From positions 1 through 53,173 of IMG/VR virus record IMGVR_UViG_3300015024_000005: DNA of 53,173 nucleotides. One strand, 5' to 3'. Each line of letters opens with the position of its first letter. Within the stretch, counting starts at the first letter, position 1. This DNA comes from a virus (lineage: Duplodnaviria; Caudoviricetes). The notes beneath the pieces were generated by a model. The model saw only the letters and a list, made by a program, of their open reading frames with translations. It was not told where the DNA came from and did no database searches. A program made the position numbers and the translations under genes. Below, one piece after another: positions 1 through 9,482 of the stretch.

Positions 1-150
1 TATTTAATAGCTGAGTCTGAAGTCAAAGAGTTACGATTAAAACAAGTAGCATTAGAATATGAATTAAAAATCATTAAAGATAAGTATGATAAATTAAATG
101 ATATGTATCAAAAAAACAGTGGTTTATTGCCACTATCGAGGAGTTGGTAA
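1..150 (+). CDS. Partial (5'-truncated) coiled-coil hypothetical protein
   Basis: Frame 1 is open from base 1 (YLIAESEVKELRLKQVALEYELK...) to TAA at 148-150, which overlaps the next ATG (TAATG). Confidence 0.6.
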   Translation, partial: YLIAESEVKELRLKQVALEYELKIIKDKYDKLNDMYQKNSGLLPLSRSW

Positions 151-365
151 TGAAACGATTAATCTTATTATTGTTATTAGCTGGATGTTGCCATCAACCT
201 ACAGTTATCAACTACTTTAAGCTAGGTGATAAAGTCAAAGCACCTGTCGAAGGCATTGTGGTGGATGTTTTAGACGTAAAAAACGAGTGTTATCCGCAGC
301 TTACTTACATTGTTAGATTTAAAGCTACTGAATTTGTTGAATATTGCGGACAGGATTTAAAATGA
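144..365 (+). CDS. Small lipoprotein (likely start at 150)
   Basis: MKRLILLLLLAGC lipobox signal peptide; GAGGAG upstream. Confidence 0.7.
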   Translation: MVMKRLILLLLLAGCCHQPTVINYFKLGDKVKAPVEGIVVDVLDVKNECYPQLTYIVRFKATEFVEYCGQDLK

Positions 366-508
366 TGTTTATAGTAGTTTGTTTCAGCGGTAAGTTTAGG
401 CTTTGCATAATGGACGACGGCTTGTGGTGGTATCAAAGTTTAGGTTTTAACACTCACTACGAAGCCGTCGAGTCTAAGAGAGCCTGGGAAGAATTTATCA
501 AAGATTAA
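362..508 (+). CDS. 48-aa hypothetical protein, not in the ORF track
   Basis: ATGA overlap with the upstream stop; MMFIVVCFSGKFRLCIMDDGLWWYQSLGFNTHYEAVESKRAWEEFIKD. Confidence 0.6.
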   Translation: MMFIVVCFSGKFRLCIMDDGLWWYQSLGFNTHYEAVESKRAWEEFIKD

Positions 509-709
509 GTTTTTCTGCTACTGCTACGACTTCAAAGTAGCTAGTCTGGATCAGTTGATTATCTCGGATAAATTGGTCTCCTAGTAAGTTACTTGCCTAC
601 GAGTACGCGCTCTCATTGCAAAGACGTAGCACATATCGCTAAAGGCTTTAGACTTTTGAGCGTGTTCTTTGATTGTTTCTGCTAAGCTAAACTTGTTTTC
701 TAATTGCAT
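498..709 (-). pseudogene. Small hypothetical gene, apparently frameshifted near 585
   Basis: AAAGGAAG RBS and ATG at 709; stop TAG at 581-583 after 42 aa; the -1 frame continues LLGDQFIRDNQLIQTSYFEVVAVAEKLNL to TGA at 498. Confidence 0.4.
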
Positions 710-758
710 GGTATCTTCCTTTGTTATTTGCCTTAATTGGCTTGTTGATAATTAGTAT

Positions 759-774
759 TTCAACTAATATGCCA
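759..774 (-). promoter_or_regulatory. Possible sigma54 (-24/-12) promoter
   Basis: TGGCATATTAGTTGAA versus consensus TGGCACGNNNNTTGCW; GG conserved, -12 reads GA instead of GC. Confidence 0.4.
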
Positions 775-867
775 TGTCTAAAGCTAATATATAAGGTATG
801 GTGCGTCTAGATACTATTCATGGAGCAAATATTGTAATTGAGGGTGTAAAAATGAAAAAGGAGCTTG

Positions 868-1236
868 TTAAGCTCCTTCATCTTCTCTTTTCAAGGCTTT
901 CTCTTCACTAAACGCGGATGGGAATCTTATGTTTAGCTTATCTATATTTAACAGCATAATTTCTTCAAAATCGCTATCTATAGTTTTTAGCATTAAAGCT
1001 ACATACCAGAGTAAGTCCCCCAGCTCTTCTTTAAGATGCGCCTTATCTAATTCTTTATTAAACTGAGTGTGCTTTTTGATTATATCTACAACTTCTCCGG
1101 CCTCTCCGCTGATGCCTAGCGCCGCATTTATCATTCTGTAACTGTTACCCGTAAAGTTTTTATTCCCATGCTCTAAATATCCTTGATCTGTACGATCCTT
1201 TGTCATTGCCCAGGCTAAATATTTATTGCTATCCAT
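868..1236 (-). CDS. mazG: MazG-like nucleotide pyrophosphohydrolase
   Basis: LGISGEAGEVVDIIKK...LKEELGDLLWY: ExxE...EExGD all-alpha NTP-PPase motifs. Confidence 0.85.
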   Translation of the reverse strand: MDSNKYLAWAMTKDRTDQGYLEHGNKNFTGNSYRMINAALGISGEAGEVVDIIKKHTQFNKELDKAHLKEELGDLLWYVALMLKTIDSDFEEIMLLNIDKLNIRFPSAFSEEKALKREDEGA

Positions 1237-2473
1237 CTAAATCCTCTTCAGTTTCAAATCTAGGTCTTTTTAACAGAGTTTTATTATCTCTCATTTGAAT
1301 GTATCGCCCATAAGCCTCGGATTTAGGCTGTGTAAACGCTAACCCTTTACACCAATAATCATTACGTAGTAATACTTTGCACAATCGTCTCCAAGAAGGA
1401 GCTATTCTTTTGGCCTCTAAAACAGAAGGAACCTCGTCTGGAATCCCATCCGCGTATCCTCTACATTTCCACCATTTAATAAAAACTTTAAATTTCTTTA
1501 TATAATGCTCTTGGGTTGATTTAGGTAAAGAACTGAGTAGTAAGTTACAAAAGGACTTCCATGTATGGTTAGGGGGTTTAGATATCTTAGAGTAACCAGT
1601 CATATTACCAGACTCTTGTATATATAAAGCTCCTGAATTTACTCCATTCACTCTATTTACTACCTTATACCACGTTGCTGGCTCTAAAATATGATATAAC
1701 CATAGTCCTCTACGTTGATCGTCTCCATAGGGTTGACATATCCTCATCTGGGCTGGAGAAAGTCCTGCTTTGTGCATCTGCTCATATATAATATTGTAAG
1801 GCAGTGTAGGATTAAGATAGTGATAGTGCCACAAATCAGCTACAGACCAATCGTAAATTGGATAGATATTATAAACATTTTCAGTAACTTTAGTAGTGTA
1901 ATTTCTATCTTTAAACTTAATTTTTGATTTTAAAGCTATAGTTCTAAAACGATTCAAACTTTCATCGGTTCTTATACCTACGAAACAAGCGCAAGTTTTT
2001 CCTTCTGCATACCATTCTCCAAACTCAGGTACAAATTCTTCAAATTCAAATCCTCTTTGGAAAAAGTTAAAATACTTCTCATCTGTAATTGCATACGCAG
2101 GGGGCTGTCTAACCCAAGAGTGTTTGGCATCAGGGTCCCAGGCTAACCATTTGGGTTGATAATTAGATACTGCGTTCCTTAATGCTAGCGGTAATGATAC
2201 CCAGAATAAATCAATGTTATCTTTATATAACTCAACGCATTTTTCTGCATGATCAATAGTGAGTTTATACTGAGCTTCTAAATCAACCAATAAAATCCCT
2301 ATCTTCCTATTTCTTTTTATTGCTTCTTTCATAACTAAATGCAACATCAAAGTGCTGTCTTTACCTGCGCTAAAGCTTAGGTATATCTTTTCAAAATTAT
2401 CGAATATAAACTCTATTCGTTGTTGACTAGCCTGCATTACATTTATCTCTTGATATTTTTTAAGTATTGACAT
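1229..2473 (-). CDS. ibrA: IbrA/YbdN-like PAPS-reductase-fold (PP-loop) protein with DUF3440
   Basis: SFSAGKDS PP-loop, GIRTDESLNR, YPIYDW, MRICQPYGDDQRRGL, PSWRRLCKVLLRNDYWCKGL. Confidence 0.9.
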   Translation of the reverse strand: MSILKKYQEINVMQASQQRIEFIFDNFEKIYLSFSAGKDSTLMLHLVMKEAIKRNRKIGILLVDLEAQYKLTIDHAEKCVELYKDNIDLFWVSLPLALRNAVSNYQPKWLAWDPDAKHSWVRQPPAYAITDEKYFNFFQRGFEFEEFVPEFGEWYAEGKTCACFVGIRTDESLNRFRTIALKSKIKFKDRNYTTKVTENVYNIYPIYDWSVADLWHYHYLNPTLPYNIIYEQMHKAGLSPAQMRICQPYGDDQRRGLWLYHILEPATWYKVVNRVNGVNSGALYIQESGNMTGYSKISKPPNHTWKSFCNLLLSSLPKSTQEHYIKKFKVFIKWWKCRGYADGIPDEVPSVLEAKRIAPSWRRLCKVLLRNDYWCKGLAFTQPKSEAYGRYIQMRDNKTLLKRPRFETEEDLDG

Positions 2474-2843
2474 TATTACTCCTTGTTCCTAACCATAAGT
2501 CTAAATAAGTTTGAGCCAACTTATTTGCTATAAGTTGTTCTTCTTGTGTCAAAGTGTTGTAAGCACCCATACTTACTGAAGCAGGTACCCCTAAAACTAA
2601 AGCACAAGCTGCTTGACCTAGATATGCAATTCTATTCATACCCACGTTAGTCAAATTATGTTCACAGGAATTAGGCCATTTAGTTATTATGTTATATAAA
2701 GCTGCCTCAAACTTATTACTATCCTTAAGTAAATCTGCACATAGTTGAACTGTATTTTGAGTTGGGTAACTTGACACCCCTCCATAAAAGTTATGTCTAT
2801 AATCTTCCCACTTATCAAAAGAATGGAATACTCTATTAATCAT
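2460..2843 (-). CDS. Hypothetical protein between ibrB and ibrA
   Basis: 127 aa overlapping both neighbours; CEHNLTNxxMNRIAYLGQAAC motif. Confidence 0.8.
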   Translation of the reverse strand: MINRVFHSFDKWEDYRHNFYGGVSSYPTQNTVQLCADLLKDSNKFEAALYNIITKWPNSCEHNLTNVGMNRIAYLGQAACALVLGVPASVSMGAYNTLTQEEQLIANKLAQTYLDLWLGTRSNNVNT

Positions 2844-3514
2844 ATAGAATCCTCATCTAATTCTACCGTGGTAGAATCATTATCATTATTTTCAATATCC
2901 CAAGCTTTACTAAAATCCGTCGTACTGAACATTTCTACTAACCCACTAACTTGACACAGTCGTAGGACCTCATCTGAATCCATTCCTAGATGTTTAGCAA
3001 TCCATTCTTCACTTCTATTTCTTTTCTTAAGGTCTACTACTATATCAGACATTGAGTCTACTCCATGCTTACCTCTTGCTCGATTATGTCTAATAGTCGA
3101 TGCCATGCGATCTGATAAATCTGATCTATCTCCGTTAATAACAACCAAAGGTAAATACCCTTTAATTCTTTTTTGTATCTCTTTTGATTCCTTACCTACT
3201 CGATGCCTATGAAAACCATCAATAACTTCATACTTACCTTCTCGTTCCCAAGATACGATAGGCTGTGTATACCCATCTGACTGAATAGAAAGTTCAAGAA
3301 GTTTCATTTCTGGAGGAGCTACCGTATTTGGATTGTAATCGTTAGCCAACACCTCTGTATTTAGTACCCATTGAACGCAGTCTACTGGCTCAGTATTGAA
3401 AGGCGAATACTTGGCTAATTCTAGGCGAATTTTATTAATTGTATCCACTTTTTGCTTTACAGGTAAATCCTCAATACCTCTAAATATCTCTGAACATTTT
3501 TCTATTATAGACAT
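2840..3514 (-). CDS. ibrB: IbrB/YbdM-like ParB/Srx-fold protein with C-terminal HTH
   Basis: ANDYNPN, PPEMKLLELSIQSDGYTQPIV, VIDGFHR, ASTIRHNRARGKH, IAKHLGMDSDEVLRL. Confidence 0.9.
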   Translation of the reverse strand: MSIIEKCSEIFRGIEDLPVKQKVDTINKIRLELAKYSPFNTEPVDCVQWVLNTEVLANDYNPNTVAPPEMKLLELSIQSDGYTQPIVSWEREGKYEVIDGFHRHRVGKESKEIQKRIKGYLPLVVINGDRSDLSDRMASTIRHNRARGKHGVDSMSDIVVDLKKRNRSEEWIAKHLGMDSDEVLRLCQVSGLVEMFSTTDFSKAWDIENNDNDSTTVELDEDSI

Positions 3515-3537
3515 AAAACAACCTTTCTTTTTGTATA

Positions 3538-3566
3538 AGTATACAATACTTTTATAGAATAGGCAA
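3538..3566 (-). promoter_or_regulatory. Sigma70-type promoter of the ibr cassette
   Basis: TTGCCT-17 nt-TATACT just upstream of the ibrB RBS. Confidence 0.65.
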
Positions 3567-3574
3567 TAAATAAT

Positions 3575-3602
3575 AAAAAACCCTCTTTTTTAAGGAGGGT
3601 TA
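3575..3602 (-). terminator. Rho-independent terminator after the capsid gene
   Basis: AACCCTC-loop-GAGGGTT followed by a T-run. Confidence 0.8.
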
Positions 3603-3642
3603 AAATCTTACGATTTTTATAATAGTTAGTTATACTACACGA

Positions 3643-4941
3643 TTACGCGGATAACTGAACCACGCAATTCCAACCTGGTGCACTACAAATCAAGTTACCA
3701 TAGTAACCGATACGAATCTCTAAAGCATCCGCATTACCGACGCGAAGTCCTTCTAAACCTTCCATACCGTATGTAAGGATATGAGGTACTTTACCTAAAG
3801 AGCGTAGTTTAAACGTGCTCATAGTAAGTAAGTAAGCTGTTTGTGGAGGACATGAACGGTCAGCTAAGACAGTTACACGTCCATAAGCAGATTGAAATGT
3901 AATACATTAAAAAGATACTTCAACTTCATCATGGTTAACTTGTACATATTGTACTTTAGCGCCTAAAGCATTTACTAAAGCAGCATACGATGCGAAGTCC
4001 ATAACGCAAAGATCTGGTTTTCCACCTTCACGATTTAAGAATGCTAATGCATTCGTAATACCTTCTTCGATAGTGAACGCTTGAGCGTTGTATCGTAGTC
4101 CAGCAAGACGTGTAGGGTCAGCAGAGCGGTTAACTCCCCAGAAGTTATCATTAGCAGCAGGTGTAGTTACTGGTAACCAAGCAGCTAAGCCTGATAATGC
4201 CAAGAAAGATCCTGTGTTAGTAGCTCCTGTTAAAGGGATATCACCTGATACTGATAAGTATGACAAACCTGTACCGATAGCCCAGTTAGCAGATAATGGA
4301 CCTGCTGAAGCTGTACCAGTGATGATACCGTTTGCGCGGTCAACACCTGTAACGATAATTGAATCTGAAGAAGGTGCTCCACCGTCTGTAGCAGAAGCTA
4401 CTAACAGTTGTCCAACTTCGATTGATACGATTTGTTGTGAATTTGTAATAGTGATTGATACTCCACCTGGAGCGGTACCTGATTGAGAAGATACTGCTGA
4501 TCCAATAGCACGAGTAGCTGTACCTGATCCAAACAATTCAAATGCGATATTGTTTGTTAAGTTACGGAAACCACCATCCATTTGTAATTTAGCTGCGTCT
4601 ACGAACGCACCAGCTGAAGTCTTAGTTTGTTCCATTAACAAATTAGTAATAGTTACTAATTGGTAATCTTGGATTACATAGACAAAGTAACTAACTAAAG
4701 CTACTGCTGTTTGTTGTTGTTGAGCATTTTGGAATGTATGTGAACGACCTTGTGGTGCTCCATATTCTAATGGTACTGGAATGTATTTTCCTGCGAAACC
4801 ATCTGGACTCTCGTCTTTAGGTACTAATGCCAAGAATGGATTTTCCTTGTAAACTAGATCCTTCATGTACTCTTTATCATCTTTGTATAGCTCTTTTAAT
4901 GAAGCTATCTGGTTCGAACTGTTAGCAAATTGTGCTGCCAT
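3643..4941 (-). CDS. Major capsid protein (~432 aa; in-frame TAA at 3907-3909)
   Basis: Follows portal and scaffold and precedes a terminator; the same frame continues 87 codons past the TAA (CITFQSAYGRVTVLADRSCP...EIRIGYYGNLICSAPGWNCVVQLSA), like an HK97-fold C-terminus. Confidence 0.85.
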
Positions 4942-5067
4942 GTTATATTCCTATGTTATTTTACATACTTAGCTAAATGTTACCCAATGTAATATCTATC
5001 TTTTTATGTATATCTAAGTGACCTGCTTACTGCGCTTTTACACGACTCACCGAGGTGTTAGATGTTA

Positions 5068-6093
5068 TTAGTACTTCTCACCTTTAAACGCTAATATAGC
5101 TCTTTCCTTAGCTGATAACTGTCTATTGGAAGATGCTGCATTCGTTAAAGTCTTCATTGTTTGTTGTGGCTGCTGTGTTTGAGTAGCTCCTGGTGTCTTC
5201 TGGGAGTTGGTTGCAGGTCGCGTTGCACTCGCTTGCTGTATCCGGTTCTTAATCTTATTGATGTTAGCTACCTTGGTATACTCATCTGCTAGGTAGTCTT
5301 CTACTTGTTGCGCTGCTTCTTCAACTGTTAATAGATATCCGTCTTTTTCGTATGTTTGAGTGATTAGCTCAACTACATCTCTAGTAGCTCGAGTAGCTTT
5401 AATAGTTTCAAAATTAGGGTCATTCTTTACTAGGGCTTTTACATCTAGTTCAATCTGTTTAACTGCTGCTTGATACTGAGCGGTTTGCTGCTCTTCATAG
5501 CTTTTTTGCGTTGTCTTATTAGATTCTTCTAATGCTGCAATCTTAGCTTCCAGCTTTTGAATGGTAGATTGTACTCGAGGGTCTGTAGGTTGTTGATTAA
5601 TGATTTGCTGAGTAAGCTCTTCATAACTAACACCTGCTTCTGCAAGGGCTGTTAAAGCGTCTTGTTTCAGCATATCTCTAGAAATATACTTAGACATATC
5701 TGTTTGAGGTGTCTGTAAACTAGCCTCTTTAGCTTTAAAAGCCTCTTCACGAGTCTTAAATTGCTGTTCTTGCTGCTGTGCTCGTGCTCTTAAAGCCTTT
5801 TCTTGTCTGGCTAACTGAGCAAATTGACGGCTTAACGCTGGGTCTTCAGCTTTTTCAGGTGGAGCTTCTTGTGTATCTACCTGATCTTGCTCGTCATTAG
5901 AGGCTATCTGTTCATTTCTAGCTCTAATCGCACCCATTTCTTCTGGCTGTACCTGGTTCTGGTTTTGTACTGGTGATTGCTCAGGGGTTTGTTGGCCACC
6001 CATAAACGCTTGTACTGCTCGAGCTTTGGCGTCTACTTGAGGTGCTACTGGTGTTGCTGGAGCTGTTGGCGCTCCCATTGGCTTGATATTCAT
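5068..6093 (-). CDS. Capsid scaffolding protein
   Basis: Between portal and capsid; Q/E/A-rich coiled coil with disordered ends and a short C-terminal helix (LSAKERAILAF). Confidence 0.7.
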   Translation of the reverse strand: MNIKPMGAPTAPATPVAPQVDAKARAVQAFMGGQQTPEQSPVQNQNQVQPEEMGAIRARNEQIASNDEQDQVDTQEAPPEKAEDPALSRQFAQLARQEKALRARAQQQEQQFKTREEAFKAKEASLQTPQTDMSKYISRDMLKQDALTALAEAGVSYEELTQQIINQQPTDPRVQSTIQKLEAKIAALEESNKTTQKSYEEQQTAQYQAAVKQIELDVKALVKNDPNFETIKATRATRDVVELITQTYEKDGYLLTVEEAAQQVEDYLADEYTKVANINKIKNRIQQASATRPATNSQKTPGATQTQQPQQTMKTLTNAASSNRQLSAKERAILAFKGEKY

Positions 6094-6111
6094 GTTGTCT
6101 GTCCTTTGTTG

Positions 6112-8022
6112 TTATTGTTGTGGGTTACCGTTTGGAATTAAAGGTGATTGTTGTTGTGGTTGTGGTGCAGCTTGTGGTGTTGGAGAAGGACCGCCTTGTG
6201 GTGGGGTCATGCCTGGCTGTGGTGCCATAGCTGCTTGTTTTAAGGTTTGAATTTGATTAAAGAAATCTCTTAGTTGGGAAGCTTTTTCTTCTTCTAGTTT
6301 AGCTTGAGAGTATAGGTTAATATACTGCACCGTAAGCTTAGTAGCTAAGTCTAGATCCATGAATGGATCGGGAGGTGTATATTTACCATCGTCGATGATA
6401 TCGTCTAATAGCTGGAATATGCGCTCTTCACCTGCATTAGCTAGCTTTTCAACTTGATCTAAGTCAGGGTAATCTAATAGTCTACGGCCTTCTTGTAGTG
6501 TAATCATCCCTGACTGCACCATCTCTGTAATCTTAGATAGGCGTCCTGCTGGATCTTTAGGTAGTGATGATTGAGTAAAACATTGGATAACAAATGCATC
6601 GTTAACTAGGTCTGCTTTAGATAGATCTATTTCTTTAGTACCATTTTTGTTAGGAAATACGGTTGAGTATTTACCATCCCGATCGACGATGTCTTTGGCA
6701 AGACCAACAATTTGGTATGTAATGTCCACAAACATATTATCATAACGACGGCTAAGACTAGCAAAGCGGTCCGTACTGATGTCGTCATACGTCCTAATCG
6801 CTTCGCCCGAATCCAAGCCTTGTGGCTTCTGACTAGACGCTTGCAATGCAGACACACCACATTGTTGATATCCGTATTGGATAAGTTTATCTCGTTCTGC
6901 ATACAATTCAGGTGCGTTACATGGTGCGACTTCATAGATTGGCTTTATACCTCTGTATTTAACAATAACTCCAATGTCATTGTTATGATGAGCTGAAGTA
7001 ACTTTAGATCCTTCTTCTTGAAATACTCTAGGTACTCCAATTAGTTTAATAGCTTTAGAAATAGTAAATAGTATGCTGTTTAGTTCTATCTGGGTGCCCA
7101 TTAGTTGTTCAGCTAGTCCTTGTGACCAGAAACCTAATAGACGTGGTGAGTAATGTAGAAATGTAAATGGGAATCGGTCCTTAGTGTAATCTTCGTCTAA
7201 TAATGATCCAGCAGAGCAAACAATCATGTGACGACCGTCTTTAGCGTTCTTACCTGATCTTAAGTGCCAGCCTTCTACTACCATTACTAAGTCAGATACG
7301 GTCTTAGATGCATCTGCTGAGTTGTCTGGGTATGCTTTAGCTGCAGCTTCTAGCTTTTGTCTAAGCTTAGGAAAACTAGCTATTAATACATCTCTATCTA
7401 CAAGCTTCATACGGTATATCTGTCTAGGCTCTCCGTACATAGCTTCATTTGGATCTACTAATAGCTCTGTTAAAAGCACTCGCTCTAAGCCGACTCTGTT
7501 ATCAGGGGTCTCGTAGGTATGTAACACTCCTGTCCCTGTTACTAAAGAATCTCTTAGGCAAGTTTGAGCAAGATCATAGGTTTTGGTAGCATAGAACTCA
7601 CCTTGTACGAAGTTATTAAGCTTCTTAGCTAGGTTACGTTCTTTATAGTTACCCATCTCCGTTAAGAACACTGGTTGAGGTCTTGACTGAGATATTCTTG
7701 ACACTAGTGTATCTGTAGCAGATTGCACTAGGTTGAATGTAGGACGGTCTTGAGGTAGACCTGAAGTTTGATCAATCTTTGACATATTACTACCAGCAAA
7801 CGAGTATAGACTCTGATTGCCGTATAGTTTAGCGTAGATTGCTGTTTGTCTGTATCTGTAGGCTTGAGACTCTTTAAGGTAGGCAGCAGTTGATAACATC
7901 TGCATTGCAGCTTTATCGTCGTCCTTCTCAGGCCACCACTGCTGCAGAGTCATAGACTCATTAACAGCTTTAGTCTTCATTGTGATTTTAGACTTAGGTC
8001 CTTGTGATGCTGTGACTTTCAT
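6112..8022 (-). CDS. Portal protein (P22-like)
   Basis: 636 aa downstream of terminase; FNLVQSATDTLVSRI...P, DSLVTGTG, VVEGW, DSGEAIR, P/Q-rich tail. Confidence 0.85.
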   Translation of the reverse strand: MKVTASQGPKSKITMKTKAVNESMTLQQWWPEKDDDKAAMQMLSTAAYLKESQAYRYRQTAIYAKLYGNQSLYSFAGSNMSKIDQTSGLPQDRPTFNLVQSATDTLVSRISQSRPQPVFLTEMGNYKERNLAKKLNNFVQGEFYATKTYDLAQTCLRDSLVTGTGVLHTYETPDNRVGLERVLLTELLVDPNEAMYGEPRQIYRMKLVDRDVLIASFPKLRQKLEAAAKAYPDNSADASKTVSDLVMVVEGWHLRSGKNAKDGRHMIVCSAGSLLDEDYTKDRFPFTFLHYSPRLLGFWSQGLAEQLMGTQIELNSILFTISKAIKLIGVPRVFQEEGSKVTSAHHNNDIGVIVKYRGIKPIYEVAPCNAPELYAERDKLIQYGYQQCGVSALQASSQKPQGLDSGEAIRTYDDISTDRFASLSRRYDNMFVDITYQIVGLAKDIVDRDGKYSTVFPNKNGTKEIDLSKADLVNDAFVIQCFTQSSLPKDPAGRLSKITEMVQSGMITLQEGRRLLDYPDLDQVEKLANAGEERIFQLLDDIIDDGKYTPPDPFMDLDLATKLTVQYINLYSQAKLEEEKASQLRDFFNQIQTLKQAAMAPQPGMTPPQGGPSPTPQAAPQPQQQSPLIPNGNPQQ

Positions 8023-8031
8023 TTATATACC

Positions 8032-8286
8032 TTATTGTTGTTCTTGATTAGAGGCAGAATAGAATAGTAGTTCGTCTTCTGTAAGGGAATCTGTTTCTAT
8101 TTGTGTTTCTTCTGTTATGCCGCCTGGTGCGTACATAACCTTTTTGTTAGCCTTAGGTGCTTTAATCTCTTTACGAGGTTCTGCACCTAAATGTAGCTCT
8201 ACATTGTCTATTTTAATTGATTCGACACCTGTCTTACGACATAACTTGATGATTAGCTCTAGTTGCTTAATGTCTATAATAGTCAT
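8032..8286 (-). CDS. Hypothetical protein; N-terminus resembles the AccB/BCCP N-terminal domain
   Basis: IDIKQLELIIKLCRKTGVESIKIDNVELHL; coupled to the upstream gene. Confidence 0.7.
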   Translation of the reverse strand: MTIIDIKQLELIIKLCRKTGVESIKIDNVELHLGAEPRKEIKAPKANKKVMYAPGGITEETQIETDSLTEDELLFYSASNQEQQ

Positions 8287-9218
8287 TATTTACCTTTAAA
8301 TTGTCGTTTAACACTCATTTGTGAGCGGATCTTAGATACCATGTCGTGAGAGTCTTCGTCTTCAATGTCGTGTCCATGCTCATTAGAGTCCATTGGCTCA
8401 TCTAATTCTTCTGTGTAGTTTTCTTTTAAAGATGCTTTATTAGCTTTATAGTAAGCATTAGGCTGTTCTTTGTTGTTTGTAGATACTCCAGCCATTCCAC
8501 CATTAGCAAACATCTCTGCTTCGTCGTCGTCATGAGATCCAGATGCTTGTTTTAATGCTTTATGCATTTTAGCCATTACAGCAGCTACGATAGAATCGTG
8601 GTGGTCTTCCTGCTCTTCGTCTTCAGGCTGCTCCATGTCGTCTTCTACAGCTCCGCCTCGAGCAAAATGATCTTCCATAATCTCTTCTTCAGAGGGCTTC
8701 ATTTGATCGTCGTCTTGCTCTAAATGCTCTGGATGTACTTGCTCGTCTTGTTCTGCATCTTTCATAGATACGTCTTCGTTAATCATTCCACCTTTAGCGT
8801 AAGGTTTTCTGTGGTTATTATGTTCTTTAGACATATCTGGGTCACTACCCATTTTATGTGCTTCTAACTCACTGTCTTCTTTAATAGGAAGTTTTTTACC
8901 GTGTAGATCGCCTTCCTCAAGGATATGAGATCTTTCTCTTACTGAAAAAGAGTCACTTCCCATGATTTTAGGTCTAGAAAGAGGCGTTAAAGAAACTTTA
9001 CCGGCTTGTTTTACTGTCGGATTGTCGGTCCATTTATCTTGAGGTAGGGACTTTTTAGAGTCGTTTTCTTTGATGTCTTGTTTGTCCGCATCCATTTCTT
9101 CGGGCATAGGACGTTGTTTAGCTTTAGCGGAGTCATTGATCATCCCGCCTTTAGCCATCTTTTTCTTGTTACGGCTTTGCATATCGTAAGCTACCATCAT
9201 GTTCTTCATTGACTTCAT
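8286..9218 (-). CDS. Acidic disordered protein with four AxGG motifs; probable internal head protein
   Basis: D/E/K/H-rich; MAKGGM, YAKGGM, FARGGA, FANGGM; lies between terminase and portal. Confidence 0.7.
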   Translation of the reverse strand: MKSMKNMMVAYDMQSRNKKKMAKGGMINDSAKAKQRPMPEEMDADKQDIKENDSKKSLPQDKWTDNPTVKQAGKVSLTPLSRPKIMGSDSFSVRERSHILEEGDLHGKKLPIKEDSELEAHKMGSDPDMSKEHNNHRKPYAKGGMINEDVSMKDAEQDEQVHPEHLEQDDDQMKPSEEEIMEDHFARGGAVEDDMEQPEDEEQEDHHDSIVAAVMAKMHKALKQASGSHDDDEAEMFANGGMAGVSTNNKEQPNAYYKANKASLKENYTEELDEPMDSNEHGHDIEDEDSHDMVSKIRSQMSVKRQFKGK

Positions 9219-9221
9219 TGT

Positions 9222-9482
9222 TTATTCTTCCCCTGTTTTTTGTGAATCGTAAGAATGAGGCTCTGAAGCTTCATCGTCGTTATCTAATAGTTCAAATGCG
9301 TCTTTTAAAGCTTCTGCCACTCGTTTAGCGTCTTTAGCTTCTACTGCGTCTATAATTTCTTGAGCACAAGCTTCAATACCTGCTGAGCTATCATCTTGAT
9401 TTTGTTCAGCTTTTGGGTCTGGATGACGTTTTTGTGATAAAACTCCAGAAATTGATTGATCTTTTTTCGAAAAAGGTAACAA
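9222..9482 (-). CDS. Small acidic head-module protein
   Basis: GGAGG RBS before TTG start; helical core ACAQEIIDAVEAKDAKRVAEALK. Confidence 0.7.
   Translation of the reverse strand: MLPFSKKDQSISGVLSQKRHPDPKAEQNQDDSSAGIEACAQEIIDAVEAKDAKRVAEALKDAFELLDNDDEASEPHSYDSQKTGEE

Noticed and set aside
3907-3909. Stop-codon reassignment (alternative genetic code)
   Set aside because: Only one long gene is interrupted, TAA is the normal stop elsewhere, and other genes are full length in the standard code
4088-4486. Plus-strand ORFs antisense to capsid, tail and ejection genes (also 48790..49188, 50042..50428 and similar)
   Set aside because: Shadow frames of well-supported minus-strand genes, with no RBS or motifs
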